From NCBI GenBank assembly GCA_038087875.1, contig CM075992.1:12402001-12466000 (forward strand): a DNA stretch of 64,000 nt, in the 5' to 3' direction. The notes beneath the pieces were generated by a model. It was not told the DNA's origin and ran no database searches. It saw only the letters and a program-made list of their open reading frames with translations. The stretch comes from Malacoraja senta. Taxonomy: Eukaryota. Positions 1 through 11,490 of this stretch are shown piece after piece; the stretch's first letter is position 1; the number at the start of each line of letters is the position of its first letter. The translations under genes and the position numbers were made by a program.

Positions 1-565
1 TTAAACCTCCTTTCGTGTTGCAAAGCTGGCCAACGATCTGGATGAGTGATGATTGATGCCTCTGGTAAACCTCAAATTCTTTCCTTTGCCATTTTAAATG
101 TTTCAATGTAAGGGTTGTTTTGTCTTATCAAGTTTTGAAGTATTGCAACAATTTCCCTGTGAATACCAGTATTTCGCACTATACCCATTCGCAATTCAAT
201 GAGTGGGGGTCCATAAAATAGATCTGCAAGAATTGACTTTGCTGGTGTAGGTCAGGCATCAATGAACCAAGGTAATGATGAATCTGGCATTGAATGATCA
301 TTGAAGGATTCCATCCAGGTGGCACCACTTCCTTGGCAGCGAATGACATCAGTTGAAAGGGACAGTTGTATTGTGTAATATTCTTTCTGAACTCGTTTGC
401 TTGTTGCATGTCTAATGTATACAATCTCATGAGTTCATCAGGCAGTGCCCACAGAGGAGCAATGTTCACCTGACCCGTAATGCAGCAAAAGGTGGTTTCG
501 CCAGAGAAATGGTACGCTCGACACTGAGGGCAAACCTTGGTCATTGCATCAACATCAGCAGGGAA
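1..565 (-). mobile_element. Helitron RepHel N-terminal coding remnant (disrupted)
   Basis: Minus-strand translation CPQCRAYHFSGE..CC..GQV...FRKNITQYN..F.LMSF...QCQIHHYLGSL.P....QFLQIYF and, nearer base 1, NPYIETFK...HERRFN. These match motifs of Helitron Rep N-terminal regions; stops are present. Confidence 0.8.
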
Positions 566-3500
566 GATGTGGGAGGGGGGAGAGTGGTGTGTGTGGGCAT
601 GTGGGGGTGTGTGTGGGATGGAGGGGGATGTTCCTGGGCAGAGGGTGTGTGGGGGGAGGGGGTGTGTGTGGATGGGGGGGTGTGGGAGAGGGAAGTGTGT
701 GTGGGGGGTGTGTGGGCGGGGGGTTGTGGAGGGGGAGGGGCGTGTGTGGGCTAGGGGGTTGTGAGGGGTAGGGGTGTGGGAGGGGAGGTAGGGTTGTGTG
801 TGGGAGGGAAGGGTGTGTTTGGGAGGGAAGGGTGTGTGTGTGGGCGGGGAAGTGTGTGGGTGAGAGTTGGGGGGTTGTGTGGGAGAGGGAGGGGTGTGTG
901 TGGGAGGGGGGAGAGGTGTGTGTGGTAGCAGGGGAGGGTGAGTGTGGGAGGTAGGTGTGTGGGCATGGGGTTGTTGGATGGGGGAAGGGGGTGTATGGGC
1001 AAGGGATGGTGTGGGGGAGGGGGGTGTATGGGCAGGGGAGAATGCGGGGGGATGGGGGGTGTGGGCAGGGGGGTCTGTGGGGGGAGGGTGGTCTGTGGGG
1101 GGAGGGGCTGTGTGATGTGTGGGCAGGGGGGATGTGGGGGCAGAGTGGGTGTGTGGGGGGTGGTGGGTGTACGGGGGGAGGGTGATGTGTCGGGGGAGGG
1201 GTGTGTGTGGGAGGGTGTGTGTGGGCGAGGGGGAGATTGGCTTCACTCAGAGCCTCCTGGCCCCAACTCCGTCCGCACTCCGGCTCCAATCCTCAGCCTC
1301 ACGCAGCGGCTCTGGGCCCCAGATCTGGCCTCCTCACTCTACGGCTCCCAACCCCGGCTCCAGATTCACTCACGGCTCCTGGCCCTGGCCGCACTCAGCG
1401 GCTCCCGGCTCCTGCATCAATCACCAGCCTCGGCCACACACAGTGGCTCTACCAACTCTCCACACTCTGCTCACTCCGCTCCTTCAGCTTTATTCTCCTC
1501 GCCACCAGTGATTGACAGCGGGTGCTAGAAGGGGCGTTGCCGTCCTGGCGACTGACAGGCGAGGAGACCAATCTGCTGACAGAAGATGAGACCAATCACC
1601 GCATGCGCGGTTATTACGATTTTTAAACCTTAATAACTTATACCATCGATTGGAACAAAACTAGTAGCACTTTCACCACAGGAGAATGGTGAGTAAGGTT
1701 AGCAAAATATTGTAGCACTATCGTGTTCCAGTTTTGCGCAAATGCAAAAACAACACAAAGCGGTAGAGCACGAGATCAGAGTTTTAGTTATGTACTAGAC
1801 TATTGGGTCCCAGTCACACAGGGGGTGTGGGAGAGGGGGGTATGGGAGAGGGGATGTGTGGGGGAGGGATGTGTGTGGGAGTGGTTGTGGGTGACGGGGG
1901 TGGGGGAGGTGGGATGTGGGGGAGGGGGGTGGGTGGCAGAGTGGGGAGGGGGGTATGGGGAGGGGGAGGGGAGGGGTGTGTGTGGGGGAGGTGGGGTGTG
2001 GAGGTGGGAGAGGGTTGTGGGAGAGGGGGGAAGGCTGTGTGTGGTGAGGGGGGCTGTGGGGAAGGGGGTGGCTGAGGGGGAAGGGGGTGTGGGGAAGGGG
2101 GTGTGGGGAAGGTGGGGTGGGGAAGGGGGGGGTTGTGTGGGGGGGTTGTGTGGGGAAGTGGGGCTGTGGGGTGGGGGGTGGGTGAGGGCGAAGGGGTTGT
2201 GTGGGGGGAGGGGCCGTGTGATGTGTGGGCAGGGGGGATGTGGGGGCGGAGTGGGTGTGTGGGGGGTGGTGGGTGTACGGGGGGAGGGTTGATGTGTCGG
2301 GGGAGGGGTGTGTGTGGGAGGGTGTGTGTGGGCGAGGGGGAGATTGGCTTCACTCAGAGCCTCCTGGCCCCAACTCCGTCCGCACTCCGGCTCCAATCCT
2401 CAGCCTCACGCAGCGGCTCTGGGCCCCAGATCTGGCCTCCTCACTCTACGGCTCCCAACCCCGGCTCCAGATTCACTCACGGCTCCTGGCCCTGGCCGCA
2501 CTCAGCGGCTCCCGGCTCCTGCATCAATCACCGGCCTCGGCCTCACTCAGTGGCTCTACCAACTCTCCACACTCTGCTCACTCCGCTCCTTCAGCTTTAT
2601 TCTCCTCGCCACCAGTGATTGACAGCGGGTGCTAGAAGGGGCGTTGCCGTCCTGGCGACTGACAGGCGAGGAGACCAATCTGCTGACAGAAGATGAGACC
2701 AATCACCGCATGCGCGGTTATTACGATTTTTAAACCTTAATAACTTATACCATCGATTGGAACAAAACTAGTAGCACTTTCACCACAGGAGAATGGTGAG
2801 TAAGGTTAGCAAAATATTGTAGCACTATCGTGTTCCAGTTTTGCGCAAATGCAAAAACAACACAAAGCGGAAGAGCACGAGATCAGAGTTTTAGTTATGT
2901 ACTAGACTATTGGGTCCCAGTCACACAGGGGGTGTGGGAGAGGGGGGTATGGGAGAGGGGATGTGTGGGGGAGGGATGTGTGTGGGAGTGGTTGTGGGTG
3001 ACGGGGGTGGGGAGGTGGGATGTGGGGGAGGGGGGTGGGTGGCAGAGTGGGGAGGGGGGTATGGGGAGGGGGAGGGGTGGGGGAGGGGTGTGTGTGGGGG
3101 AGGTGGGGTGTGAGGTGGGAGAGGGTTGTGGGAGAGGGGGGAAGGCTGTGTGTGGTGAGGGGGGGCTGTGGGGAAGGGGGGTGGCTGAGGGGGAAGGGGG
3201 TGTGGGGAAGGGGGTGTGGGGAAGGTGGGGTGGGGAAGGGGGGGTTGTGTGGGGGGGTTGTGTGGGGAAGTGGGGCTGTGGGGTGGGGGTGGGTGAGGGC
3301 GAAGGGAGGTGTGGGGAAAGGGGGGGTGTGGGGAAATGGGAGTATGGGGTAATGGGGCAGTATAGTGAAAGGGGGGGTGTGGTGAAAGGGGGGGTGTGGG
3401 GAAATGGGGGTATGGGGTAATGGGGCAGTATAGTGAAAGGGGGGGTGTGGTGAAAGGGAGGTGGGGTAAGGGGGTGGGGGAAGTGGGGGTGGTTGGGGGA

Positions 3501-3995
3501 GGGGGAAAGGGGGTGTGATGAGGGGGGGGTGGTCACAGCAGATGCAGCTCGTACTCACACAGCAGATCCCGAGCTTTCGGCCTCACGCAGCAGATCCCGG
3601 ACCCACTCCGGCTTCACTCAGAGGCTTCCAGTTCAACTCATCAGTTTCCGGCTGGTGGTGCTGGTCGCCACAGTAGCAGCCCGCACGCTGCACTCTGCTC
3701 ACTCTGCGTGGGCTGCTCAACACACTCCACCCCTTCAGCTTTTTATTCTCCTCGCAGCGTTATTCACAGCGGGTTCCAGAAGTGGCGTTTTTTATGATCT
3801 TTAAACCTTCATAACTTTTGTACTATTTGACCAATCGGAACAAAACTTATTTCACTTGTAGCAGAGGAGAATGGTGAGTAAGATGGCAAAATCATAGTGC
3901 TATGGGGATCGTTTTTGCGCAAATTTAAATACAACGCAGACCGGAAGTGTCAAGATGAGAGTTTTAATAATAGTATAGAAGATAGAAGATAGATA
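566..3995 (-). mobile_element. Head-to-tail non-autonomous Helitron-like units (1107-bp period) with G/T-rich low-complexity interiors
   Basis: Blocks recur at offset 1107 (CTAG at 1795-1798 and 2902-2905). On the minus strand each CTAG is followed by TACATAACTAAAACTCT, resembling the 5' end TCTATCTTCTATACTATTATTAAAACTCT near 3960-3995. Confidence 0.6.
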
Positions 3996-4284
3996 GATGG
4001 ATATATAGACAGACAGGCAGACAGACAGACAGGTAGACAGGCAGACAGCCACCCGAGCTACTTCCCTCTCCGCCACAATGCGGTGGCTCCACGCCCGGAG
4101 CGTCGCGGCAGCGGTGAGTGAGTGAATTTCTGGCATGATACCCGATCCCTGACCCCATCCATCTCAATGCTCCTGCCCTGGCCAGACCCCCCCACACGTT
4201 GTGAAAGGAACTCTCCCCACCCCCCCCCCCCCCCAGCAGCGCTGTCCTTTTACAGCCGCTTCCCATCACCTGCCAGCAATGAGG

Positions 4285-4358
4285 GATAGACTTGGCTATC
4301 CCTCAATACAGCAACATCGTTCTTGATGTTGCTGTATTGAGGGATAGCCAAGTCTATC
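4285..4358. repeat. Perfect 34-bp inverted repeat with 6-nt loop
   Basis: GATAGACTTGGCTATCCCTCAATACAGCAACATC-gttctt-GATGTTGCTGTATTGAGGGATAGCCAAGTCTATC. Confidence 0.95.
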
Positions 4359-4879
4359 TTTCTTGGCTAACAATCTAACCTTCGGCCTCGAAGACGCAGG
4401 TACATTTTTGTGCCTTATTTTTGGGTAAAAAATAGCATCTTCATTGCCGGGAAATACGGTATTTAAAAACATATTTACTTACCACATTATTTGTACACAA
4501 ACCCCTTTATTCTCTCTTTGTTTCTTATGATACACTTAAGATAATGGCAATCCATGTTTGAACACCCGCCAAGAAACACGCGCTGGGCATGCGCAGTACG
4601 CAGTCCACGGTGCAAAGGCAGAATTTCTGCTGCCTTCACCTCCCCTTGTCATTGACGGCTTGAAGCAGCGTCGACGGTGCGTGAGCTGCACATACATTCA
4701 CTTGTTACAAGTACTGCGGATGAAAGGCACGGAGAATTATGCCTACATAACAGATCGATCTCTTAGGTAGGGAAAATTCTCCCGTGCCTTAACTATTTAT
4801 ATTTAATAATGACAATTTTATAATTTTAGTCGGGGTCGGCAGTGCCTACCTTGCCTACCCTGACGGCACGAGCCTGCAC

Positions 4880-5760
4880 CACCTCTATCTTCCCTGCCCC
4901 CAGCACCAACTCCTCAGCCACACATTCATCTGACCTATCTTCCTGTACCTACCCTCACTAGCAGGTGGCACCGGCAGCAATCTAGACATTGCTAACCTGG
5001 AGGTCCTGCATTAACCTTTAGCCTAATTCCCTATCTTCAGTCCACAGGACCTCATCCCTTTTCCTGCCTCTGTCATTTGTGTTGACGTACACAACGACTT
5101 CTGGCTGCTCCCCCTCCCCCTTGAGAATGTTCTGCAGCGGCTGGGAGACATCCTGGACCCTGGCACCAGGGAGGCAGCACACCATCCTGGAGTCTCATTT
5201 GCTGCCCCAGAATCTCCTGTCTGTTTCCCTAACTAATGATTCTCCAATCACTATCACTCTGCCTGAGTGTGCCCTTCCCCACTGTGCCTCAGAGCTGGGT
5301 TTGATGCCACAGACCTGATTGCTGCTGCCCTCCCCTGGCCACTCATCCCCCCAACGGTATCCAAAGGGACAACCTGCTGTCGAGGGGAATGGCCACAGGA
5401 GATTCCTGCACTTTCTCACTACTCCCTTTCCTGGTGATCACCCGTCTACTTTCTGCCCCTACCCGAGGCGTGACCACCTCACTGTGACTCCTATCTGTGA
5501 CATCATCAGTGTCCCGGATGATGTTGAGGTCATCCAGCTCCTGCTCCAGTTCCCTAACGCTGTCTGTAAGGAGCTGCAGCTGGACACACCTCCCACAGGC
5601 ATAGTCCTCAGCAACACTGAAGGATTCCCTGACTTCCCACATCCTGCATGAGGAGCACTAACTGCCCTACCTGCCATCATTACTGCACTAAACCACGGAG
5701 AGTGTATATTAGAAAAATAATCACAAACCAGACCTTATCCCGCTGTCACCCTGTACGCCG
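4880..5760 (-). mobile_element. CR1 LINE ORF1 fragment (zinc finger, coiled coil, SGNH esterase); copies at ~27030-27900, 35570-36830, 45710-46050
   Basis: MWEVRE...DYACGRCVQLQLLTDSVRELEQELDDL; RVIVIGESLVRETDRRF; MVCCLPGARLQDVS. Confidence 0.8.
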
Positions 5761-6074
5761 AAGCCTCTCAAGCCAAAGCCTCGCACTTACCCTCCACAAG
5801 GCACATGTACGTAAACACGGCCGCTCCATACAGGCCCCTCCACATGTATCTACCTTCCCTTTATACACCCACTAAGGAGCAATCACTCGGGATGCGATGT
5901 GTTTTCAGCTTCTCCAACTGAAACTCACCTCATCTCATTAACTGTGGGGCCTCTGTAATCAGCTGGCCTTTTTAAAATTCCCTCTCTTCTACAGCTAGTC
6001 AGTGTTCCCTGGGGACTGAGATACAACGTGATATCTCCCATTGACCCCTCAGTGTCCCTCACTGTCCACAGTGA

Positions 6075-7120
6075 ATTTAGTTTAATTTATTGTCACATGT
6101 ACCAAGGTGCAGTGAAAAGCATTGTGTTGTGTGCTATCCAGTTAGCGGAAAGCTTGTACATGATTTCAATCAAGCCGTCTACAGTGTACAAACACAGGAT
6201 AAAGGGAATAATGTTTACTGCATCATAATGTCCAGCAAAGTCCAATTATACATCGTACGAGGGTCTCCATGGAGATAGATGGGAGGTCATTACCACTCTC
6301 TAATTGGTAATAGGATGATTCAGTTGTCTGATAACAGCTGGGAAGAAACTGTCTCTGAATCTGGAGGTATGCGTTTTCACACTTCTATACATCTTGCCTG
6401 AAGGGAGAGGGGTGAAAAGGTAGTGTCCGGGAGTGAGACTGGGCCCTTGATTATGCTGGTGGCCTTGCCAAGCAGCATGAAGTGTAGATGGAATCAATGG
6501 AAGGGAGGTTGGTTTGCATGATGGTCTGGGTGCCTCCACAATTCTCTGCAATGTCTTGCAGACTTGGATGGAGCTGTTCCCAAACTAAGCTGTGATGGAT
6601 CTGGATGAGATGCTTTCTGTGGTGCTTCGGTTGAAGTTGGCAAGACTTGGGGACATGTCGAACTTCCTTACTTCTGATGAAGTAGACATTTGTGTGCTTT
6701 CCTGTCCTTTGCATTGATATGGGTGGTCCAGGACAAGTTGCTGGTGATATTTACTCCTAGGAATTTGAACCTTTCAACCATCTCTACTTCGGTTCCCTCA
6801 ATGTATGTGAACCACTTTGCTTCATAAATTTATTGCTTCTTAGTGCAGAATACGGGTATTCGGCCAATCAGGTCTACTCCGTCACTCAATCATGGTTGAT
6901 CTAACTTTCCCTCTCAACCCCATTCTCCTGCATTCTCCCCATAGGTTATGAGGTTCTCAATCTCCTTCCTGTAGTCCGTCTCATTATTAATTGATATCTG
7001 GCCCACAATGGTGGTGCCGTCTCCGAATTTGAAAATTGAGATGGATTTGTATTTGCCTCAACCGTTGTGGGTGTACAAGGAGTAAAGAAGGGGACCAGAG
7101 GTCGTCCATATGTAGACAGC
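6075..7120 (-). mobile_element. Rex1/Babar-like LINE 3' fragments (second copy ~37085-38120)
   Basis: LPSGKMYRSVKTHTSRFRDSFFPAVIRQLN C-terminal motif followed by a short-repeat tail. Confidence 0.65.
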
Positions 7121-7727
7121 TGCAGTCCACAATCAGTGTTCCCTGCAGACTGAGATACACCGTGATATCTCCCACTGACCCCCAGTGTCCCTCACTGTCC
7201 ACAGTCAGTGTCCCTGGGGACTGAGATACACCGTGATATCTCCCAGTGACAATCGAGAATGGGAACACATTTACCCTGAAGTCTCACCATTTCCCATTTA
7301 AAGGATTCCCACATGTTGCGTGTTGTTTTATCCATGTAACTGCTTCCAATCTACTTTGGCCGGGTCCTGCCTTACGTTATGGAAAGGGGCCTTCCTTTAG
7401 CTTACAATGTGGATATCCAAGCAACCTCGAGATGGGACTGATGAGATCGATCCCCTGGACACTGGCATGAAGCTGATGGGCGGAGTGGTCGTCCTTGTGG
7501 CAATCAGTTCATGGTGGGAGATCGATGAAGCTGGGTTTAGAGACGTGGGATTGGTTCCAGCGTTTATCCCGGAGATGGTGTCATTGGTCAGGGAATGAAC
7601 GGGAGATTACTGGTGCTCGGGGTTGGTGAGGGTGGAGATGCAGATGAGGGAGGTGGGGAACATGAGGCTGGGGACATGAGCTGAACTTGACATTAACACC
7701 GAACATCATTCTGTCCCTCAGTCACAG

Positions 7728-7869
7728 ACTCCGCACTCGGTGACCCGTGTGTGACCCCCACCGTCCTGGATCAGCCCTGGAGGAGCACGGATTGTTCCCA
7801 CACTGAGTGCAGCGATGAGACATGGATGGGTGATGGAGATCTTGCAGTGGGATGGTACAGATTTAACAG
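7728..7869 (+). CDS. UMOD/GP2/OIT3-like D8C domain, module 1 exon A
   Basis: cacag|AC...AACAG|gtaacg, 142 nt, phase 1-2: DSALGDPCVTPTVLDQPWRSTDCSHTECSDETWMGDGDLAVGWYRFN. DPC..LD.PWRS and GWYRF are D8C hallmarks. An alternative in-frame acceptor lies 6 nt upstream. Confidence 0.9.
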
Positions 7870-8190
7870 GTAACGTGAGGCGATCATTGCTGAGAAATTG
7901 GACACAGATGGAGAATGTAAACAGGAGAATGAGGGGCGTGTGAAGGGGAGATGTAGGGAGATGGGGATCATCAGTTGCTGCAATGGGACGGGGCATCAAT
8001 ACTGAGAATGGGGAGATCCCACATTGTGGAGAGAGAGACCGGGGAATAAGGAAGCGGATAGAAAACAACATTGGATTCCGGGGAATGTTGAACGGGACGG
8101 GGTGCGGTCAGAATGGCCCTGATTCCGGGTCTTTCTCTGGGTGAACAAACTCCCTCAGTTCAAGGGCTGACTCTCTGATTGTTGTTTCAG

Positions 8191-8267
8191 TTCCGGTGGA
8201 TGGAAGATTCCGGAGACTGTCGTTCCAGTGAATCACTGCTCCGGGGAGAGACCAGGCTGGTTAAACG
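8191..8267 (+). CDS. D8C module 1 exon B
   Basis: tttcag|T...AACG|gtaggg, 77 nt, phase 2-1: SSGGWKIPETVVPVNHCSGERPGWLNG, matching GG..PE.....C....P.WLNG. Confidence 0.9.
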
Positions 8268-9489
8268 GTAGGGTCAGAGTTTACAACAGATGGTCTCAGT
8301 TATTGTCGGGGAGGGTCAGACTGACGACCCAGATCTCTCCAGAGGGCCCCTCGCACGGACATGGAACCCAAACTCCCTGAGAGGTTCCCCCACAGTCACT
8401 CAGACCGCGCTCCGGCCCTGGATCCTCACGGAATGCGGTGGGGAAGCTCCAGCTTCCTGGAGTTTCCCGGCAGTGGGGCTACGGATCCCATCCGCTCGTG
8501 GTCTTTTTTTTTAAATTTCAAAATAGACCTTATTCATGTAATAAATATATACAATACATGAACCGTGGAAAAAGATCATCCGACATTCTCGGAGGCTATA
8601 CATACATTCAATACAGTTTCCCCAAATCACAATTTTACCCCACACCCTTGCCAATCATGCGGCCCACTGGCGTGGAATCCCTTCCCTTATTTTGTGGGGC
8701 ATCTCCACCGCACCCTGCCCCAATTGTCCAGCAGCCAAAGGACCCAAGACTGTGGCCCTCCCCCACCGAGCCTTGGCGTTGGCTGCACCAAGCTTCAGTG
8801 CGTCCCTCAGCACGTCCTCCTGCAGTCTGCAGCGGGCCAGTCGGCAATATTCCCCGACGGACATCTCGCTCCGCTGGGTGTTCAACAACGCTCGGGCAGA
8901 CCAAAAAGCAACTTTCACCGAGTTGATGACCTTCCAGCATCATTCGATGTCAGTCTCTGAATGTGTCCCTGGGAACAGTCCGTAAATCACAGAGTCCTCT
9001 GTGACGGAGCTGTTCAGAATAAACCGTGACAGGGACCCTTGCAGACCTCTCCAGACTCCCTTTGCGAATCCACACTCTACAAAGAGGGGGGCAACCATCT
9101 CCTCTCCATAGCAGCCGTCCCGAGGGCAGCGTGCGCTGGCAGTGAGGTTCCGACGGTGCAGGAAGGATCTGACTGGGAGGGCTCCCCTCACCGCCAGCCA
9201 AGCCAGGTCTTGGTGCTTGTTGGTGAGTTCTGGCGATGAGGCATTTTGCCAGACAAGCTGGGCAGTCTGCTCTGGGAACCACGCCACCGGATCCATCGAG
9301 TCCTTTCCGTGCAGTGCCTGCAGGACATTCCGTGCTGACCACTGCCCAATGGACATGTGGTCAAAAGTGTTGGTCCGGAAGAACCTTTCCACAAACGACA
9401 GATGGTGCGGCAATGTCCAGCTGACTGGCACATTGCGTGGCATCTGCGCCAGGCCCATCCTAAGCAACACCAGGGACAGGTAGAACCTC

Positions 9490-9604
9490 TTTCGGACCGA
9501 AACGTTGCCTATTTCCTTCGCTCCATAGATGCTGCTGGACCCACTGAGTTTCTCCAGCATTTTTGTGTACCATTGATTTTCCAGCATCTGCAGTTCCTTC
9601 TTAA
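9490..9604 (+). mobile_element. Short Penelope-like terminal fragment inserted in Tx1 copy 1
   Basis: Flanked by a 14-bp duplication ACAGGTAGAACCTC (9476-9489 and 9605-9618); absent from Tx1 copies 2 and 3; similar sequence at ~62270-62500 and 63555-63650. Confidence 0.65.
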
Positions 9605-10532
9605 ACAGGTAGAACCTCAGCAGGTAGTGACACTTGGTGCCCACGTGCCTTGGCTCTACGTTCTGCCTGATGCAGCCCCACACAAATGTGGGTATCAGTG
9701 TGAGGGTGACATTGGGCACGCTTTTACCCCCTTTGTCTGCTGACTTGTACATTGTGGCCCGTTGCACCCGGTCCATCCTCGACCCCCAGATAAACTGGAA
9801 GACAGCCCGGGTGTTTCTGTGGCGTTGGAAGGAGGGACAGGCCACACTTGCGCCAAGTACAGCAGCCCCGCGAGAACCTCACACCTGATGACCAAATTTT
9901 CCCCTTTATGGAGAGGGAGCGTTGCTTCCACATCTACAGCTACTTCCCCACCTTGGCTATCCGCTCTCGCCAATTCTTGTCTCACGCCTCAGCCTCCCCG
10001 AACCAGATCCCCAGCACCTTCAAGAAGTCAGGCTTGATGGTGAAGGGGACAGAAGATTGGTTGGGCCCGTTGCCAAAGAGCATGGCCTCGCTCTTCCTGT
10101 GGTTCCCCCCTGGCTCCCGTGGCCGACTCAAACTGGTCGCAGATGCTGATCAATCTGCGGACCGACCCTGGATCCGAGCAGAAGGTGGCGACATCATCCA
10201 TGTACAGGGAGGTTTTGACCTGAGTGCCCCCACTGCCTGGCAATGTCACTCCTCTTATGCTCGCGTCCTTCCTGATGGACTCAGCAATAGGTTCAATACG
10301 ACAGATGAACAAGACAGGGGAGAGAGGACAACCCTGCCTGACTCCAGACCTGATGACGAAGCTGTCTGATTCCCACCCATTGATTTGGACCACACTACCG
10401 ATATCTCTCTACAGGTGGAGAGCATTTGGATCCAATTTCTGATTCCCTCCCCAAAGCCCATTTTGGAGAGCACGTCCCTCATGTACGTGTGCGATATCCT
10501 GTCGTTGGCCTTCTCCTGGTCCAAGCTGACTA

Positions 10533-11490
10533 ACATAGAAACATAGAAACATACAAACTATGTTCAGGAGGAGGCCATTCGGCCCTTCAAGCCAGCACCG
10601 CCATTCATTGTGATCATGGCAGATCGTCCCCAATCAATAACCCGTGCCTGCCTTCTCCCCATATCCCTTGATTCCACTAGCCCCGAGAGCTCTATCTAAC
10701 TCTCTCTAAAATCCATCCAGTGATTTGGCCTCCACAGCCCTCAGTGGCAGGGAATTCCAGAAATTCACAACTATCTGTTTTGATTCTCACCTCAGTCTTA
10801 AATGACCTCCCCTTTATTCTAAGACTGTGGCCCCTGATTCTGGACTCGCCCCACATTGGGAACATTTTTCCTGCATCTAGCTTGTCCAGTCCTTTTATAA
10901 TTTTACATGTTTCTATAAGAACCCCGCTCATCCTTCTAAACTCCAGTGAATACAAGCCTAGTCTTTTCAATCTTTCCTCATATGACAGTCCCGCCATCCC
11001 AGGGATCAATCTTGTGAACCTAAGCTGCACTGCCTCAATCACAAGGATGTCCTACCTGCACGCCAACTTTCAGTGACTGGTGTACAAGGACACCCAGGTT
11101 TCGCTGTACCTCCCACTTACCTAACGTAACCCCATTGAGAAAATAATCTGCCCCCTTGTTTTTGCCGCCAAAGTTGATAACCTCACATTTATCTATATTA
11201 TACTGCATCTGCCACGCATCTGCCCACTCACTCAACCTGTCCAGGTCACCCTGCAACCTCCTAATATCCTCTTCTTAGTTCACAATGCCACCCAGCTTTG
11301 TGTCATCCTCAAACTTGCTAGTGTTGCTCCTAATTCCCTCTTCCAAACCATTAATATATATGGTAAACAGTTGCGGCCCCAACACCGAGCCTTGCGGCAC
11401 TCCACTCGCCCCTGACTGCCATTCTGAAAAGGACCCGATCACTCCTCCTCTTTTCTTCCAGTCGGCCAACCAATTTTCTATCTACGTCAA
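10533..11490 (-). mobile_element. CR1 3' fragment inserted in Tx1 copy 1
   Basis: SGVPQGSVLGP, KFEDDTKL, LGLYSLEFRR; (ATAGAAAC)n tail; same insertion point in copy 2, absent in copy 3. Confidence 0.85.

Noticed and set aside
555..3558. Many long Pro/His/Thr- or Gly/Val-rich ORFs
   Set aside because: Artefacts of stop-poor G/T low-complexity sequence; open in several frames on both strands.
7246..7470. 74-aa ORF (TIENGNTF...) conserved in all four units
   Set aside because: Conservation is explained by recent duplication; no ATG start, no recognisable domain, no convincing splice sites.
7468..7515. MKLMGGVVVLVAISSW as a per-module signal peptide
   Set aside because: The nearest donor would be phase 2 while exon A needs phase 1, its GT is lost in module 2, and the region resembles degenerate CR1 RT.
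7595..7625. ATG AAC GGG AGA TTA CTG GTG CTC GGG GTT G|gtgagg as a phase-1 leader exon (MNGRLLVLGV)
   Set aside because: Phase fits, but the ATG exists only in module 1 (GTG in the others) and the hydrophobic core is short. Unsupported without 5' RACE.
8290..8514. Recurrent MVSVIVGEGQTDD ORF
   Set aside because: Lies in intron B-C and ends differently in each unit according to the Tx1 insertion.
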